A program made the translations under genes and the position numbers. A stretch of 64,000 nt of DNA. Source: Bugula neritina (taxonomy: Eukaryota > Animalia > Bryozoa). This document shows positions 18,301 through 45,773 of this stretch, piece by piece. The stretch covers positions 9,541,408 through 9,605,407 of the forward strand of contig OZ037771.1 in NCBI GenBank assembly GCA_964035545.1, in the 5' to 3' direction. Each line of letters opens with the position of its first letter. Position 1 is the first letter of the stretch. Below the pieces are notes generated by a model that worked only from the letters and a program-made list of their open reading frames with translations, searched no databases and was not told the origin of the DNA.

Positions 18301-18949
18301 TTCATCATTTTACAAGCTGTAATCATAGGAACTCAGGCTAGTGATGCACCAGCTACAGCTAAAGGCTCACCCCACAGCAGTTTAGTGTAATAGTAATAAT
18401 TTGTAGCAGCAACTACATTAGAAAACGCTGGAATAAAGAGGCACTTTTGACTAGCTATAATTTCAGAACTGGCCCAGCACTAAACGTTGCTAATAGTCAG
18501 CGAATACAGCCCTCTGCTGATGATTCTAGTAAGGGTGAAATAAGAGGAACTCTTATAAAGATTTTTAATTTAAGTTAGAGATAAATAAGTACAAACAAAT
18601 ATTGATGATCATTTATTAAGTTCATAACTAATAAGTGTATTTCAATATATAACAAAGTTGAAACAAATTTGGTAATCTCTTGCAATTTAGTGCTAACGTT
18701 ACATATATCAACTTGTAATGACCACATCAGTACACAAAACACCCTTGAAAGTTAAACCCCTATGCTAGAACCTCAAATTGTTGATACTGGTGTATTTTAG
18801 ATAGTCAATCACAAATTGGTAAACCTAACTTTTTACATGGTTCACACACCACACCATTATCAAGTTATGAAGTAGGCTATATAATTATGAATAAATCAAA
18901 CCATCTTACCTTTAATAGATTTCTTTTTTCTTCTCTCTTTGCTTATCAT
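12383..18949 (-). CDS. Three-exon gene, ~408-aa Ser/Arg-rich, probably disordered uncharacterised protein (exons 18949-18910, 18223-18065, 13410-12383)
   Basis: A 1-kb open exon plus two upstream exons with phase-1 junctions (aaag|gtaaga, gtgaag|gt, ggat|gtaagt, ttttaacag|ca) gives MISKERRKKKSIKG-VLAEDDLAEVY...SVGS-SSLLQKT...NIYCY*. There is an in-frame stop upstream of the ATG. Confidence 0.7.
13837..17493 (+). mobile_element. Academ-type DNA transposon (decayed), intronic
   Basis: TIR ends tagtctggcagaa...ttctgccagacta with ~160 bp of outer IR plus an inner IR (~14250-14370 vs ~16585-16710), and a 3-bp TSD TAA. Remnant protein SRTAKLL..FI.PIF...RE.DWALHL, GNHTMHH..G..NGI.SDM.IE.TF.RFGHSKGGIIGIT and ALPPTDEA matches metazoan Academ transposases. 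Confidence 0.85.
15500..15905 (+). mobile_element. 5'-truncated RTE-clade LINE 3' end nested in the Academ element
   Basis: ATEMRMLRNI...WEDHVTNDNIKEE...RRRPLQ*YGHVRRR...MDTVKD is the typical RTE ORF C-terminus. It interrupts the Academ coding remnant. Confidence 0.75.
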
Positions 18950-20007
18950 CTTCAACTTTCACTAGAGCTCGGTTCAAAAACTTCTTAAAATTTTCCTCCT
19001 GTCTTGGTTTGCATCAGTTTCACTTGCATGCGTAATTTATGAGCAATACGTGAAGAAAACACTGTCTATGTTATTTTAATATAATTTGCATTTTTGAATT
19101 TAATTAAGAAGAACATGTATTTCTATTTTAGATTGCATAAAGTTTTTATACTAATTTGTTTTCTACAACTACCAGAGTGTCTGCTGTAGACTGGTTGTCT
19201 CGTGCCAAAGCGCAATTTACAAATGATTTGGGCTCAAGCTTTCTCTGTATAAACCCCACTGATAAGGTTTGAGATATGCTAATACTCTAAGCTCAGTCTT
19301 TAGTTGCACAATTTGTTGGGTTGGAAGCTTGCCGGAACCCCTCCACAATCAATGAAGCAAATGACAGAAAAACAGGGTGCACATGGCCAACAATTTGTAT
19401 CGCAAATTTGAGATCAATTCCAGTCAGTTAATTAAATGCCTTCTTTCATTAATATTGGAGCATTATGAAGCACGTTTTTATTCTCATACATCACATGCAA
19501 GTGCTAGTTTTAACTATAAAACAATGTACAGAGAAAAAAAATTAATATTTCAAGTATATTTTATTGTCATAAAACTTGAATGTTTTCACAAAATCGGTAG
19601 AAACGCTTACAAGAAAATATAGTCACACAAATTTTCACTTCATTAGCAGCTGCTAAACAAATGTGGTAACTAACTTTCAACATTGCAGACTACAAAAAGT
19701 AAACAGTGTTACAGATTTTTTACAGATTTCAAGTAAAATGATCCATGTCATTGTCCAGAATATACAGAAACTATACATGTATAGTTACTAGAAACATAAA
19801 ACACACAGGATATTTCACTGTTGAGTAAAACCTTAGGAAACGGTAAAGTCACACAAGAAAGCACAACAAGTTACATCTGCTAATCAACAAACTCATGAAA
19901 ACACCATGTGGTAGACAGCTTTTTGACTTCCGGAATTCTCCTAACTTAGCAGCAGCTTAGCCTAATGTTTGATTGAATAGAAGCAGCAGATGTTGGCACT
20001 ACTCAAG

Positions 20008-33561
<13,554 letters not shown>

Positions 33562-36457
33562 TGTATATCACTGCAGGTTAGACTACATAAGATTACCCAG
33601 TGTTGCAAAGAGTCCTAAAACAATATGAGCAATTCTACAATGCTGTTACGCGCTCCAGTCATCATCATACACGCTAGTTCACTACCAGAGCAAAAAATAT
33701 TTCACTTGGAAATAACAATTATGCTATATAAACAACTTAATATAGTTGATGCTGGATTTTTTGTTGAAAAATTAAACGATGGCTCAGAATTTACAGAGTT
33801 GGCTTTTACACAACAGAAAATAGCTTTTCAATTATTATACATAGCTTGTTATGAGAATAAGAACTAATTGATACTGAAATAAATGATAACTATAGAAACA
33901 GAAATATTGTTAGTTAGAAAAAAATATATAAAATTTATAAAACTTGGAAAAAACTAATAGATTAGATGAAGAAGAGCTGAGAAATGTATTATATAGGTAG
34001 CTGTAGGGCATGATATTAGTCCTAACATCCACTGATTGAATTAGGTAAAACACATGTGGTTGCCTATTATTTTAGGTGTGCATATAAGAATCCACATTTG
34101 ATTAAAAATAGTCCCGAAAAAAGTAATTGTAAATTAAAACTATGGAACTCACATTTCTAGACTTAAAACCATTTGGATACTGATAAAAAGGGTAAGTACT
34201 TGTAAATGTTCATGAACCCACAGCAGTAACACAGTACTATTGAAACAAAAATATTTGTACGAAGCAGATCAGAGCTAGTACAGTTGGTTAGAGCCAAATC
34301 CCAATTTAAAAAAAATTTACTTTCTTTGTGATTATCATTATGGCAATAGAATACAGATACACTAACAGAGCTGTTTCAAAGTCCAGTAAGTCAAGTCAAG
34401 GTCCTAACAAAAAATGTTCAAGCAAAGTCTAAAGTTGCGTTTATACCTCTGCTGAAAAAAGTACCGAGTTTAAGTTAATAATGCTTGTCCGGGTACCCCT
34501 TTATAGTCAAACTGAAACTCGTTGAAATCATATTGATGCGGTTGCTCACTTTCTAAAATTGAAATTTGACTAGCATAATGGGGCTGCCACACTACAGTCG
34601 AAACGCCATTTTGAAGTTGAGCGATCAGCCAATCACTGACTCGCCAGGTAAGCCCTGATTGGTTAAGTGCCTTTACTTTTTCCACATGCTACTAGCGAGC
34701 ATTATTATTTGATTTGGTTCTTCGAAAATTATATTATTTTACTTTTTAAATAATTATGATGAAGTTATGTATGAAAGTCTCAATAAATTATGAAAATATG
34801 TATTTATTAGATAAATTTTGCTGAATTTTATCTGCATATTTAATTTTTCTAATTTGGTTGAATTTTATTAGTGTACTATTTAGTACTTTAGGCTAGTGAA
34901 TAAGCTTGAATAAAGCTAAGTAATCTCATTAAATAAAGCTAGTAATGTTGAATAATTGAAGCTGGTAAATTAGAATAAAAATAACTAGTAAATCTTATTA
35001 AATTATGCTAGTAATTCTCAATAAATTGCGCTAAATTTGATTGTTGGCTACTGTGGATACTGCAAAAACTGAGTTATGGAATTCCTATTGGTTAAAAGTT
35101 TACTGCGGGGCTAGAGAGTTAGCTTTCATCATTTGTAGTGAACTGTAGTGTGTCATGGGCATTGTAGTATAATGTTGTTTACAATTGCTGAGTTATTTAT
35201 ATACTTAACAGTAATATGCTATTAATACATATGATGTCGTAGATTTGTGATTCATTCCTATGTTATATATATATACCTTACACTTATGATCAAGAGCAGT
35301 TCTTTCTATGCTGTCAAGCTGTATACTTTATACCTTACAATAATAAACGTCACGATACATTATTCCAATGGTCTCATCTTAATTATTACCCACGCAAACG
35401 TACAACAAGCAAGAAACATTACAGGCATAATAGCTATTTGATGCCCTGTGTAAACGATAAAATTGAGAAGGCGTAGGCTATATAAATATAACCGTATAAG
35501 TTCGTTGTCTAATCGCCAAAGTAATAACTAAATAACGATGTTTACAAGGAGTTATTACTCCTATTCTAAAATTGGCCGATTAAGTCATCACAGTACAAAA
35601 ATTTTTACGAGTGGCTTTTACAATGCAATGCAACTCGGCAAAATTTCAACCCGGCCAAATTGAAATTCTGACCGAAAATCGTGAAGGTATAAAGGCAACT
35701 TAAGACCAAACATAGTTGATTCAAGCCAATATAAAATAACTAAAAAAGACTTGACCAAGTCAGTTAAAAGAAATTCATGGGAATTGGAGAAACTGGAACC
35801 AAAGTAAATGTTCTTATATTTAGCTGTTTTGAATAAATAACATTTATCTACATTATAAGACTAATAAAAGTAGAACTAATGTAAAAATTAATGATGTTAT
35901 TAAATGCCATTTAATAATATCATTAAAATGGCATTGAAATTTCTAGAGGATATTTAGAATAATTTTCATTAAAATAGCAAGAGAAATTGAATACTATTGA
36001 ATCGGAACAATTCAACAAATTCACTTGAATTCTCATTATAAAACAAAAGCTAAAAATTAATTCAGTATTTTTTTTATTTGAGTAATGTACTCACATTTAA
36101 AAAATTTTATGCAAAAGCTAAATTTTTAAAACAAAGTGTATTAGTTGAAACAACAACTTCAGCAAGTTAATTATAATCAAGAAATTTTAAGGACTGGGAT
36201 CAACATGGCAGGAGCCTACAGTTAGACTCAGCGAGGTAAATCATTATCATTATGCTTGTCGACTAATCATTTAATTAACTATGAAAATATATCTAATTTT
36301 ATAATTCTATCAGCATATAAAAAAACAATTCAATGATAAAAAACTATTACTATAATCATGAGAATAATCCTTATACTTATAGTTATGAAATTGTACAACT
36401 CAGCTATACAATTGCATAACTAACTTCCAGTCAGCTCCATACTTTTACACTTACAGT

Positions 36458-36630
36458 GATAGTCACACTGATGCTATACTAATACTGATAGTCACACTGG
36501 TGCTATACTAATACTGATAGTTACACTGGTGCTATACTAATACTGATAGTCACACTGGTGCTATACTAATACTGATAGTCACACTGATGCTATACTGATA
36601 GTCACATCGGTGCTATACTGATAGTCATAG
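36458..36630. repeat. 29-bp minisatellite
   Basis: Unit gatagtcacactggtgctatactaatact. Confidence 0.85.
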
Positions 36631-36879
36631 TAACTGTAATGGTAAGTGTCAAATTACAATTCAAACATAATGGTAATGATACAATTGAAATGATAAAAAT
36701 TTGATTTTTTTCGAGCTGAAGTAAGTCACTGTCACATCTTTTAGTGCTTATACTCCATTTATTTTTATTAATTTATAATTGCTGTTGAGGATCTATTCCA
36801 ACAATTCTTGGAGTTGGAAGTAAACTTAAAGTTAGCTAAACAATGTTCAGTAACAGAGCAATAGTTATACTTATTACCC

Positions 36880-37800
36880 TAGTTATTAATTATTATTATA
36901 AATATATTTAATCTTACAATTAATGTTCTGCTAAGTCTAATAGTAATACTAATAGTAATAGTAACATAAATATACCATTGTGATAGTAATACTAATAGTA
37001 ATACATTTTACCAACACCAATTGAATAACAGTTATAGTAGCATTTACAGTTATAAAAATGGCACATGTAATACTCTAAACCTAGTACTATAGTACTAATA
37101 CTAATAGTATTATCATTATTACTACTACTGTCTACTAGTACTACTGCTACTACTAGTATTACTATTACTATTAGTATTACTAAGAGTAAGAGTATAACTA
37201 TAAATATTACTATTAGTATTAGTATTACTATTAGGAATAATATTAATAATAATAGTAATTTGAAAGTACAGGTATTACTATTAGTATGACTATAATAGTA
37301 AGTTAATAGTTTACTAATACTAATAGTACATACTATTACTATTAGTATTACTAAGAGTATAACTATAAGTATAAGTATTAATATTAGCAATACTATTAGG
37401 AATAATAATAATATTTAATAATAATAGAACTTTGATAGTTCACTATAAGTATTACTATTACTATAATAGTAAGTTAATAGTTTACTGATACTAATAATAA
37501 TTACTATTAGTATTAGTAATAGTATTAGTATTACTATTAGTATAACTATAAGTATTAGTGAAACTGAATTAGTCAATTTGAATTACTATAAGTATAAAGT
37601 TAAAGTATAAGGTTATACTTATACTAGCACTTATACTTATTCAGTTATTGACTAAAACCAGAGCCGGTGGCAGAGCTAGTGCTACTAAGCTCAACTAAGG
37701 CTAGAATTAGGGTCAGTTTCAGTTACTCATAGATATACTTATAGTCAGTATTATAGTGATACTGATAGTCATAGTGATACTCGTATCTTCAACATAAACT
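36880..37800. repeat. Low-complexity TAC/TAA/TAG degenerate trinucleotide tract (similar tracts at 43720-44170 and 50160-50410)
   Basis: Seen directly. Confidence 0.8.
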
Positions 37801-38892
37801 TAAAGTTAAAGCCTAAACTAAAGTAAAGCTAAAAGTAAAAGTAAACACAGTTACACACGCATACCGAGACTCGTAATGCTTCACGCCCTTAAAATTTAAA
37901 CTGACACTCTCAATCTAAAACCACTAATGTAGGCAATAGACATAGTCATAGATGACTACTGCGTTAGGAAATCGCAGGAGTATCACTGGAACTGAAGGTG
38001 CATGCCATGCGCTTAGCACGGCAAACAATAGTAACTGTAAGGTTTTGTGCTTTGCAAATTCCCGTGGGTTTACCAATCGGTTCCACATGCAAGAATTAAC
38101 CGGTGGTCTGACTTTGTTGTAGTGTCTGGTCAAAGTTCATCCAGCCAATTTAGCCAATAAGTGGGACGCGTTTACACGATAGTTGCTATAAACAGCTTCG
38201 ACTTGCGAGTTAACTGAAAGCAGTAATTTAAGTTCTCGAGTTCGGGAAAGTTTGACCTCCTATTTAAACCGTTAATTTTAAAAGCAGAAACCCCCAACTC
38301 AGAGCTGCCTATAGAACCTATTGTGTAAACCCGTGATAGTATTGTTGTATGTAGATAGGGGCGACCGGCTTCATACTTGTATACTAGAAAAACTACATAC
38401 TTTCGCGGAAATAGCGTCGGCATGTTCTATTACCGCTTCCACTACTTCTCTTTATTTTAATTCCAGAGCAGTGTGGTATATATAAGAGTGCCGACTTTAA
38501 AGCATGAAATGTCATTATGCCGCGCTGAGTACCGCGAGTTTATCTAAGTTTTAAAGGAAACATTTTGCCACTTTTGTTACTCGATTTTTTGTTATTTTCT
38601 GTGTACATTTTTTTAATTTTGTTTAAAGATAATGCTTTTAAACACATTTTTATGCATACAAAAAATTAAAAAAAATTGAAACTCACTCATGCACATAAAT
38701 ACCAAGCTATAAAGTTTAGGCTTCGCTGTGAATACAATGTGAATATTAATTGAAGAATGCCTGCAATAACCATTTTACACAAAATACATGACGGTTGCTA
38801 TAATTGTAAGACTAGTAAATGGGATGCAAATAAGCATAGTGATACTCTTTAGGTTATGTTATTTTTGAAATTTGCAGTAATAATTGGCATGT

Positions 38893-39587
<695 letters not shown>

Positions 39588-40452
39588 TGTTATAATTCGC
39601 TGCATGTAATTATTGGTGTGGGTTATTAGCTGATGGAACACAGTGACTCTTTGTGAGAGTATTTAGAACACAGTGACTCTTTGTGGGGGGGGGTATTTAT
39701 GAACAAATAAATAAGAAGATTGATACTCACTATCCCTTTATTGCACTCCAAAATACATATATCCAAAAATAGAAAGTTAGGGAGGACAACTCCTTACATC
39801 GTGTGGAAAACTATTAGTAACTATTATTCAAGGTATAAGGTAATTAACTAAGTATATAAGTGTCCTTGCTTGGTAGCTCCGAGTTGTGTCTTCATCTGCT
39901 GCTGGCTGTAGACTGAACTCACTGATGTGAGGGCTTCCTTTTATATGTTGGGATGTAGTTAGCCTAGAAAGTTCCATGCGAATTCGAGGGAGTTCGCTTG
40001 AATCGCAGGGGATTCGCTGGGTCATAACAAAAGGTCATCTTTATTATGTAAGCAGTCCTATGCGTAGCTAGGAACAATAGCTAATCCAGTCAGGGCTATA
40101 ACAATATATAGCTGGGAATAATAACTAATTCCGTCATTACCATCATGACACTTAGCTGTTAATGGACTGTGGCTATACAAATGATACATTTAAGAAAAAC
40201 ACGCATTCCATGGGAATGAAAGTAATAATAGTAAGGAAATACACGCAACAATTACAATATACACAATTTTACCACACACCCCCCTCCATCAGAAAGTACA
40301 ACCTCTTTCTGATATAAGAAATAAGAAAAATATAAATTGTTAAAACACACACAAAAATTGATATAAAAGAGCATAATTAAGTAGGTAGTACCAGGAAAAA
40401 GTATTTAGATATAACAACATGATCAGAAAATAAATATCCAACACACACTTAG

Positions 40453-41966
40453 CTAATTATACAGTGCTGGTGCGGTCCGAGGTACTTCTCGTTTGAGGTG
40501 CTGTAGGCTGTGCAGTAGTTGTTCAACTTCCTCATCAATCCGCTTAACTTCTTCCTTAATTCGATTCTTCAGGCATACTGTCAGGGCCTCGGTCTGCGGC
40601 CTTAATGCTTGAGTAGTTTGCCCAGTATCGACCTGATGTCCACTGTCTGCCCGCAGTGTCTGCTCCTCGTCCATTTCGCTTGCTGGTTTGCTGCTCTGGG
40701 CGCTGTTCTGCCCGCTATCAGGAACTTGTAACCTTTCTGCTGCTACCCGTAATGACTGGGTGTTTGATAGAAGGAGGTGCTGTATATCCTCTAGTGGGCC
40801 TCTGCTACGTGTTGGTTTACTTCCTTGGAGAGCTGTGCCGAAAGGTCCACCTTTCACCCGACCACAGTAGTATTCTCCCAAATATCCAGGGGGCCTTCGA
40901 GTCCTCTGACTGCGCCTTAGGCCTTCTGTGTCAGACACAGTGGCCTGTCCTTCAGTGTTGGTGGCTCTACCTTCTCCTACTTCTGAGGTAGGTTGGTCTA
41001 CCCTCTCCGGTATTACGGGTGATTCTACCGGTTCGGGTGCCTGAGGTGTTGGTTGCTCGGAGGCTCTTGCCTATTGGGGGGTTCTGGCAGTTCGGGATCC
41101 ATGGGTATTGGCTGTGGGGGTGGTTCCTGTACTTCGGGGTTCCTCTCGGGTAAGTTATAAGGAAGTTCCCATTCTCGGGTGGGAGCCGCCCTTCCTCCCC
41201 CGGTGGGTCATCGTGCTGGTTCTAGGAGTGGTGGCGCTTGTCCTACTGCCCCAGGGCTGGCCCAGTACGGTTTTAAGCGTTTCTCGCTTTGGACGGAAAT
41301 CTGTCCGGAGCGTTCTACGCGGTATGTGTGATTGGGCAGCACTTCGATGATACAGTATGGTCCCACGAACTTGGGCTGTAACTTAGCCGACTGTCCGCGC
41401 TTCCTCCTGTAACTAATCATCCATACCCAATCGCCAGTCTGGTAGAGTGGGGGCTCGTCCGAGTCTTCCCCTCACACTTGCCATTGTTTCTCCCTTAAGA
41501 CTTCGTGAGCCGTCCGCATCCTATCGACCAGTTCTCTCACATATTCGTGGACGGGTCCCTCTGGAAGGGGGACGTGGTACGTGAGATGATCTGGGACCCG
41601 CGTTTCCCGGCCTAGCATTAGGAAATTGGGTGTCTCCTGGGTGCTAGAGTGGGGGGTGCTGCGATATACACGCATAATCTGGGGTAGCACGGCGTCCCAT
41701 TCTTCTTGGCTTTTCCCCAGTAGTAAACTCCTCAGGGCGTCTCCCAGCATTCTGTTGTTGCGTTCTACCACGCCATTTCCTTGGGGGTGGTAGGGGGTGG
41801 TTCTACTCTGGTTAACCCCCCATACCCGACAGAGGTCTTTCATCAGCTGCGATTGGAATTGTGCCCCTTGATCTGTGTGGATCTGTTCCGGTAGCCCGAA
41901 ATAGCAGAAAACATGCTGGTCTAAAACTCGGGCTACCGTCGGGGCGGAGGCGTCCGGGATTGCCAA
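40453..41966 (-). pseudogene. pol: Integrase core/C-terminus plus coiled-coil tail
   Basis: IHTDQGAQF, TTPYHPQGNGVVER, KLQPKFVGPY, LRRSQRTRRPPGYL, then IKEEVKRIDEEVEQLLHSLQHLK. Confidence 0.88.
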
Positions 41967-41967
41967 G

Positions 41968-42853
41968 GGCCGCGGTAGTTAAACCCCGAAGCAAGGAGAG
42001 GGCAATATCTGCGGAAATATCCTTGGTTTCCACATTCCCAGCAAAAACTGACTGTTTCTCCCGGTGGCAGCGCCGGTGATCGCGGAGGCTCGTAGGCGGT
42101 ACCTACTGGGGTTTGATGTGTCAGTGCTGTTACCAGTTTAGCCAACATGTCGGTCAGTTGGGCAACCTTTTATGCAGCAGGTAACTCTCCCACGGCAACG
42201 GTCGCGGAGGGCGCTGCCTCTCGATCGGCTGCTGTGTCCGTGGGCTTTATCTTCACCTGGCGGGAGTTCCCGCGATTTCTATGCATCTGGTTTGCCAGGA
42301 GATAAGCTTCTTCTTCCGCCAGAGCGTCTTTGACGGTGGTAACTCCCCTAGCTAGAAATTGGTGGTGGAGTCCCAAGTCGTTGACGGACTGCACAAAGGC
42401 GTCAAATGTATACCTCTCACGGTTAGCTTGAGGCAGATCGCTATACGCAATCTGTGCCAGCTTCATTACCGTGGTGGCATGTTCTTGTAGCGGGGTATGG
42501 GAATCACGCCGCAGCCTTTGTAGACAGGCCTGGGCATCTATGGCAGAGATGCCGAAGCGGGCCCGTAAAGAAGCAAAGATACTATCGATGTCTGGCCCTA
42601 ACCCATAAGGCTTGGCCTTGTCCATCAATGACATTCTGAGCTTCAGCAAGGCCACTCTAGGTGGCCACTGGGCGACGTTCATCACGTCACCAAACTCTTG
42701 AATGAATTGTTCCACTTCTTCTTCACCCGTGAAGGTGGGTGCCTTTAACCGATAGCGGTAACGCTCTTCTACTACATGATTCAAAGGAATAACATCATCT
42801 CTACGCTCACCTTCTACCGGCTGTGGTTGCGTTCCAGCATCTTCAGTCTCCAT
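41968..42853 (-). pseudogene. gag: gag with one internal stop (42170-42172) and a degenerate CCHC knuckle
   Basis: METEDAG...YRLKAPTFTGEEEVEQFIQEF...WPPRVALLKL; CWECGNQGYFRRYC. Confidence 0.88.
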
Positions 42854-42868
42854 CTTGGATGTGCACTT

Positions 42869-42886
42869 ATCCCACCGCTGCCACCA
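42869..42886 (-). promoter_or_regulatory. Primer-binding site, tRNA-Leu (18/18)
   Basis: TGGTGGCAGCGGTGGGAT, 1 nt after the LTR end. Confidence 0.92.
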
Positions 42887-44449
42887 CTGTTGTAATTTCC
42901 AGAATTGTGGGTTGGTGTGCAATCAAGAGAGTCTTATTTACTATACTAAAAAAACTTCGCCAGCATAATTCGAATCAACACTACTATATTTTATACACAA
43001 GAATACATCACAAAAACTACAGTAACACAAATGCATTCAGCTAATTGATACGGTCTATACAGTTCACCAGTCTAAACTCAACTAACTAAACAGCGGGAAA
43101 CTACTATTACTAAAAATTGTCAGTTCTGCTAATTGGTTGTCTGTGGTTCCGGGTCATCTCTATGACCCCATGCTGCACTCATGGAGGAAATAAAATTTCC
43201 CCGTTATTACGCTGCTGGTAGCTCCACGAGCCACCACAACATTGCATTCACAGGGAAGCTTAAACTTTATAGCTTTGTATTTACGTGCATTGGTGAGTTT
43301 TAATTTTTTTTAGTTGTATGTGCATAAAAATGTGTCTAAAAACTTTACCAATAAACAGAATTAAAAAAATGTACACATAAAATAAAAAAATAAAATAGAA
43401 TAACAAAAGTGGCAAAATTTTCTCTTGGTAAGATTTATAAACTCGCGGTACCAGTCGCGGCATAATGATGCCCATATGATTCCCTAATATTTTCTAAAGT
43501 CGGCACTCTCAAATAATCCACACTGCTCCAGAGATGGTAGATATCATTTGTCTGAGCTTCAAAGGAGCTCCCTAAAGTCAAAGAAATAAAACCCTTAACT
43601 TTTTATATTTTTAATTTTTGAGTTGGTTATCAAATTTGAGTTTTGATTTCATTCACTACCTATAGTTAAATGCTAAAAATAATATTAATAGTCATGCAGT
43701 TAGAGTTATACTTATAGCAAATGCACTACTACTACTACTACTACTAGTAGTAGTAGTACTACTACTAGTACTACTGAGTACTACTACTACTGTACTAGTA
43801 ATGTTAAACTAAAACTTAATGTACAGTCTCATGACACTGTACTACTACTTAAACTTACCACTACCACTTCTATAAACTAAACTACACTTTAAATACCACT
43901 ATAACAGCCACTACCACTAATACTTATACTAGTACTAGTAGTACCACTACTACTACTACTACTAGTAATAGTAATACTAATACTAATAGTAATAGTAGTA
44001 AAGTCTTACTCTTAGTAATACTAACACTAATACTATTACGCCGTGATACTAAGTCTAATAGTAATACTAATAGTCACTAAATATAATACTAATACTGTAA
44101 TAGTAATGCTGATAGTATTAGTATCACTATAACTATTACTATTAGTATTAATACTTGTAAAAATATAATAGTCATCTCTTAGTTTACTCGGGCTACCCCA
44201 GGCTTTGTGGTTGGGAAAGTTTGAGTTTATGGATTGCCTTCTGCTCGACTCGCTGCTGTACTTCATTCATGCTTGCTTTTAAATGGCTTTTAATTCAATG
44301 ATCAATTGATTTGTGTACTATATTTAGTTGCAGCTTTTGCGAACAGTCACTCTCAGATCTCTGTTGTATTTAGTCGTGAATTTTGCATAACATATAGTGT
44401 GTCAGCAGGAGCCCAAAGGTCAGTAGTGTAGTGATAAGTTCACCCGGTA

Positions 44450-44520
44450 GCTCCCGTGGTGTAATGGTAGCTTCCTTGCTTGCAAGCCAGAGGACTCGGG
44501 TTCGATTCCCAGTGGGGGCA
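44450..44520 (+). ncRNA. tRNA-like Pol III unit (tRNA-Gln-like body, aberrant anticodon arm) inside the LTR, antisense to the element
   Basis: Acceptor stem GCTCCCG/TGGGGGC, A box TGGTGTAATGG, B box GGTTCGATTCC, and TTTTT 4 nt downstream. Confidence 0.7.
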
Positions 44521-45703
44521 ATTATTTTTCAAGTTCGCTGAAATATCTTTATTTGGGAAGCGCAACTAATCACTAAGAATACATTTCCAAGACTGACAAT
44601 ATATAAACAAACCGCAAAGATAAAGGGGATTTAAGACACAAATAAAAACCACACAACTATTATAATATTTACAAAACAGTTACATAACTGCATGATGCAA
44701 TGTCATGCACATTACATTTCCCCCTGATCTTATCAGATCAAACAAATATATAATAAAAAAAAAACGTTTAGTCATCTACATAAAAGTCTGCTAACCACCT
44801 AGGTGGCCGTCTATTTCTTACTGGTCGGTCAATCACTTCGTCTACACTTTCACTTTCCTCAACATTTTCACCATCCACAACTCTATTTGCATCTGCATTC
44901 TCATCAGCATTATCTGGCCTCAGGTTAATTTCAATGTCTCCATGTACCTGAGATTGCTGTTTTGTACTTGACGAAATGTCACCACTTTCCCTGTTCCCTG
45001 TATTAGCCAATCGAACATCACTTATATGTTGTGTCATACCATTACCGCAGTGTTCGACACAACCCTGGTAATCGTGCCCTGTGGCCATGCAGTTGTGCAT
45101 TTAAAATTCACAGGTTTTACATAAACTTTGTCTCCTACATTGTGGGGATTTTTATAATGTCTGTGGGTTTGCCTATTATTGATGGTGATACTTTAGGCAG
45201 CTTTACATTATAGCTGTATAAACTTTGTGAGGGTACTACATTGTTACTATTTGAAATGTTGTTGTACGAAAATACCATATTTTCTATTGAGAATTTAGTT
45301 CAAGCTGCCATTTTTTTATAGTCCTGTGATTGCGCTCTATAACACTATTCTCAGATGCTCTATAAGCACGGCTAAATATGTACTGTACATTCCACTTCCT
45401 AAGTAAATGTTCCAATCTGTCACTTCTGAAGCATGGTCCGTTGTCTGTCAGGACCACAGTGCTGAAACACCTTTAGTAGGTGATTTACCACAGAATCAGC
45501 AGTCTCATTCTGCAACTTTATCCACAAATCGAATGTATTTGGACCACAGTCGATAATAGTCAAGTATGGTACACTGTTATAATGACTCACATCTATTGTC
45601 AGCCTATACTAATTCTCATTGACCTCCAAAACTCCTTTTTCCCACTGCACTTGAGAGAGGTCAATGCTCCTACACACAGCACATTCTTTAAGCTTACCCT
45701 GAA

Positions 45704-45773
45704 GCTCCCGTGGCGTAATGGTAGCACACTTGCTTGCAAGCCAGAGGACTTTGTTCGATTCTCAGTGAGGGCA
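45704..45773 (+). ncRNA. Second, more degenerate tRNA-like copy in the other LTR
   Basis: gctcccgtggcgtaatggtagcacacttgcttgcaagccagaggactttgttcgattctcagtgagggca followed by attattttt. Confidence 0.6.

Larger units (their letters stand above)
39588..43238 (-). mobile_element. Chimeric Gypsy structure B: 5' LTR-A (43238-42888), PBS, gag, fused integrase C-half, PPT and a non-matching 3' LTR-B (40276-39588)
   Basis: Perfect PBS 42886-42869. Gag ends CWECGNQGYFRRYC..FNYRGP and joins LAIPDASAPTV near 41968. PPT gatggaggggggtg precedes TGTGGTAAAA. The two LTRs share only the first TGTGGT, and there is no TSD. Confidence 0.8.

Noticed and set aside
36192-36235. Possible distant first coding exon of GEMIN8 (ttttaag|...gcgag|gtaaat, phase-compatible)
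   Set aside because: No resemblance to the Gemin8 N-terminus, and it would need an 18-kb intron; unsupported without RNA data.
36992-37390. Hydrophobic 132-aa ORF resembling a membrane protein
   Set aside because: Product of a TAC/TAA/TAG low-complexity tract.
44450-44520. Functional tRNA-Ala(TGC) gene
   Set aside because: The anticodon arm does not form a 5-bp stem with a 7-nt loop, the D and T stems have mismatches, the body is Gln-like, and the sequence is part of an LTR.
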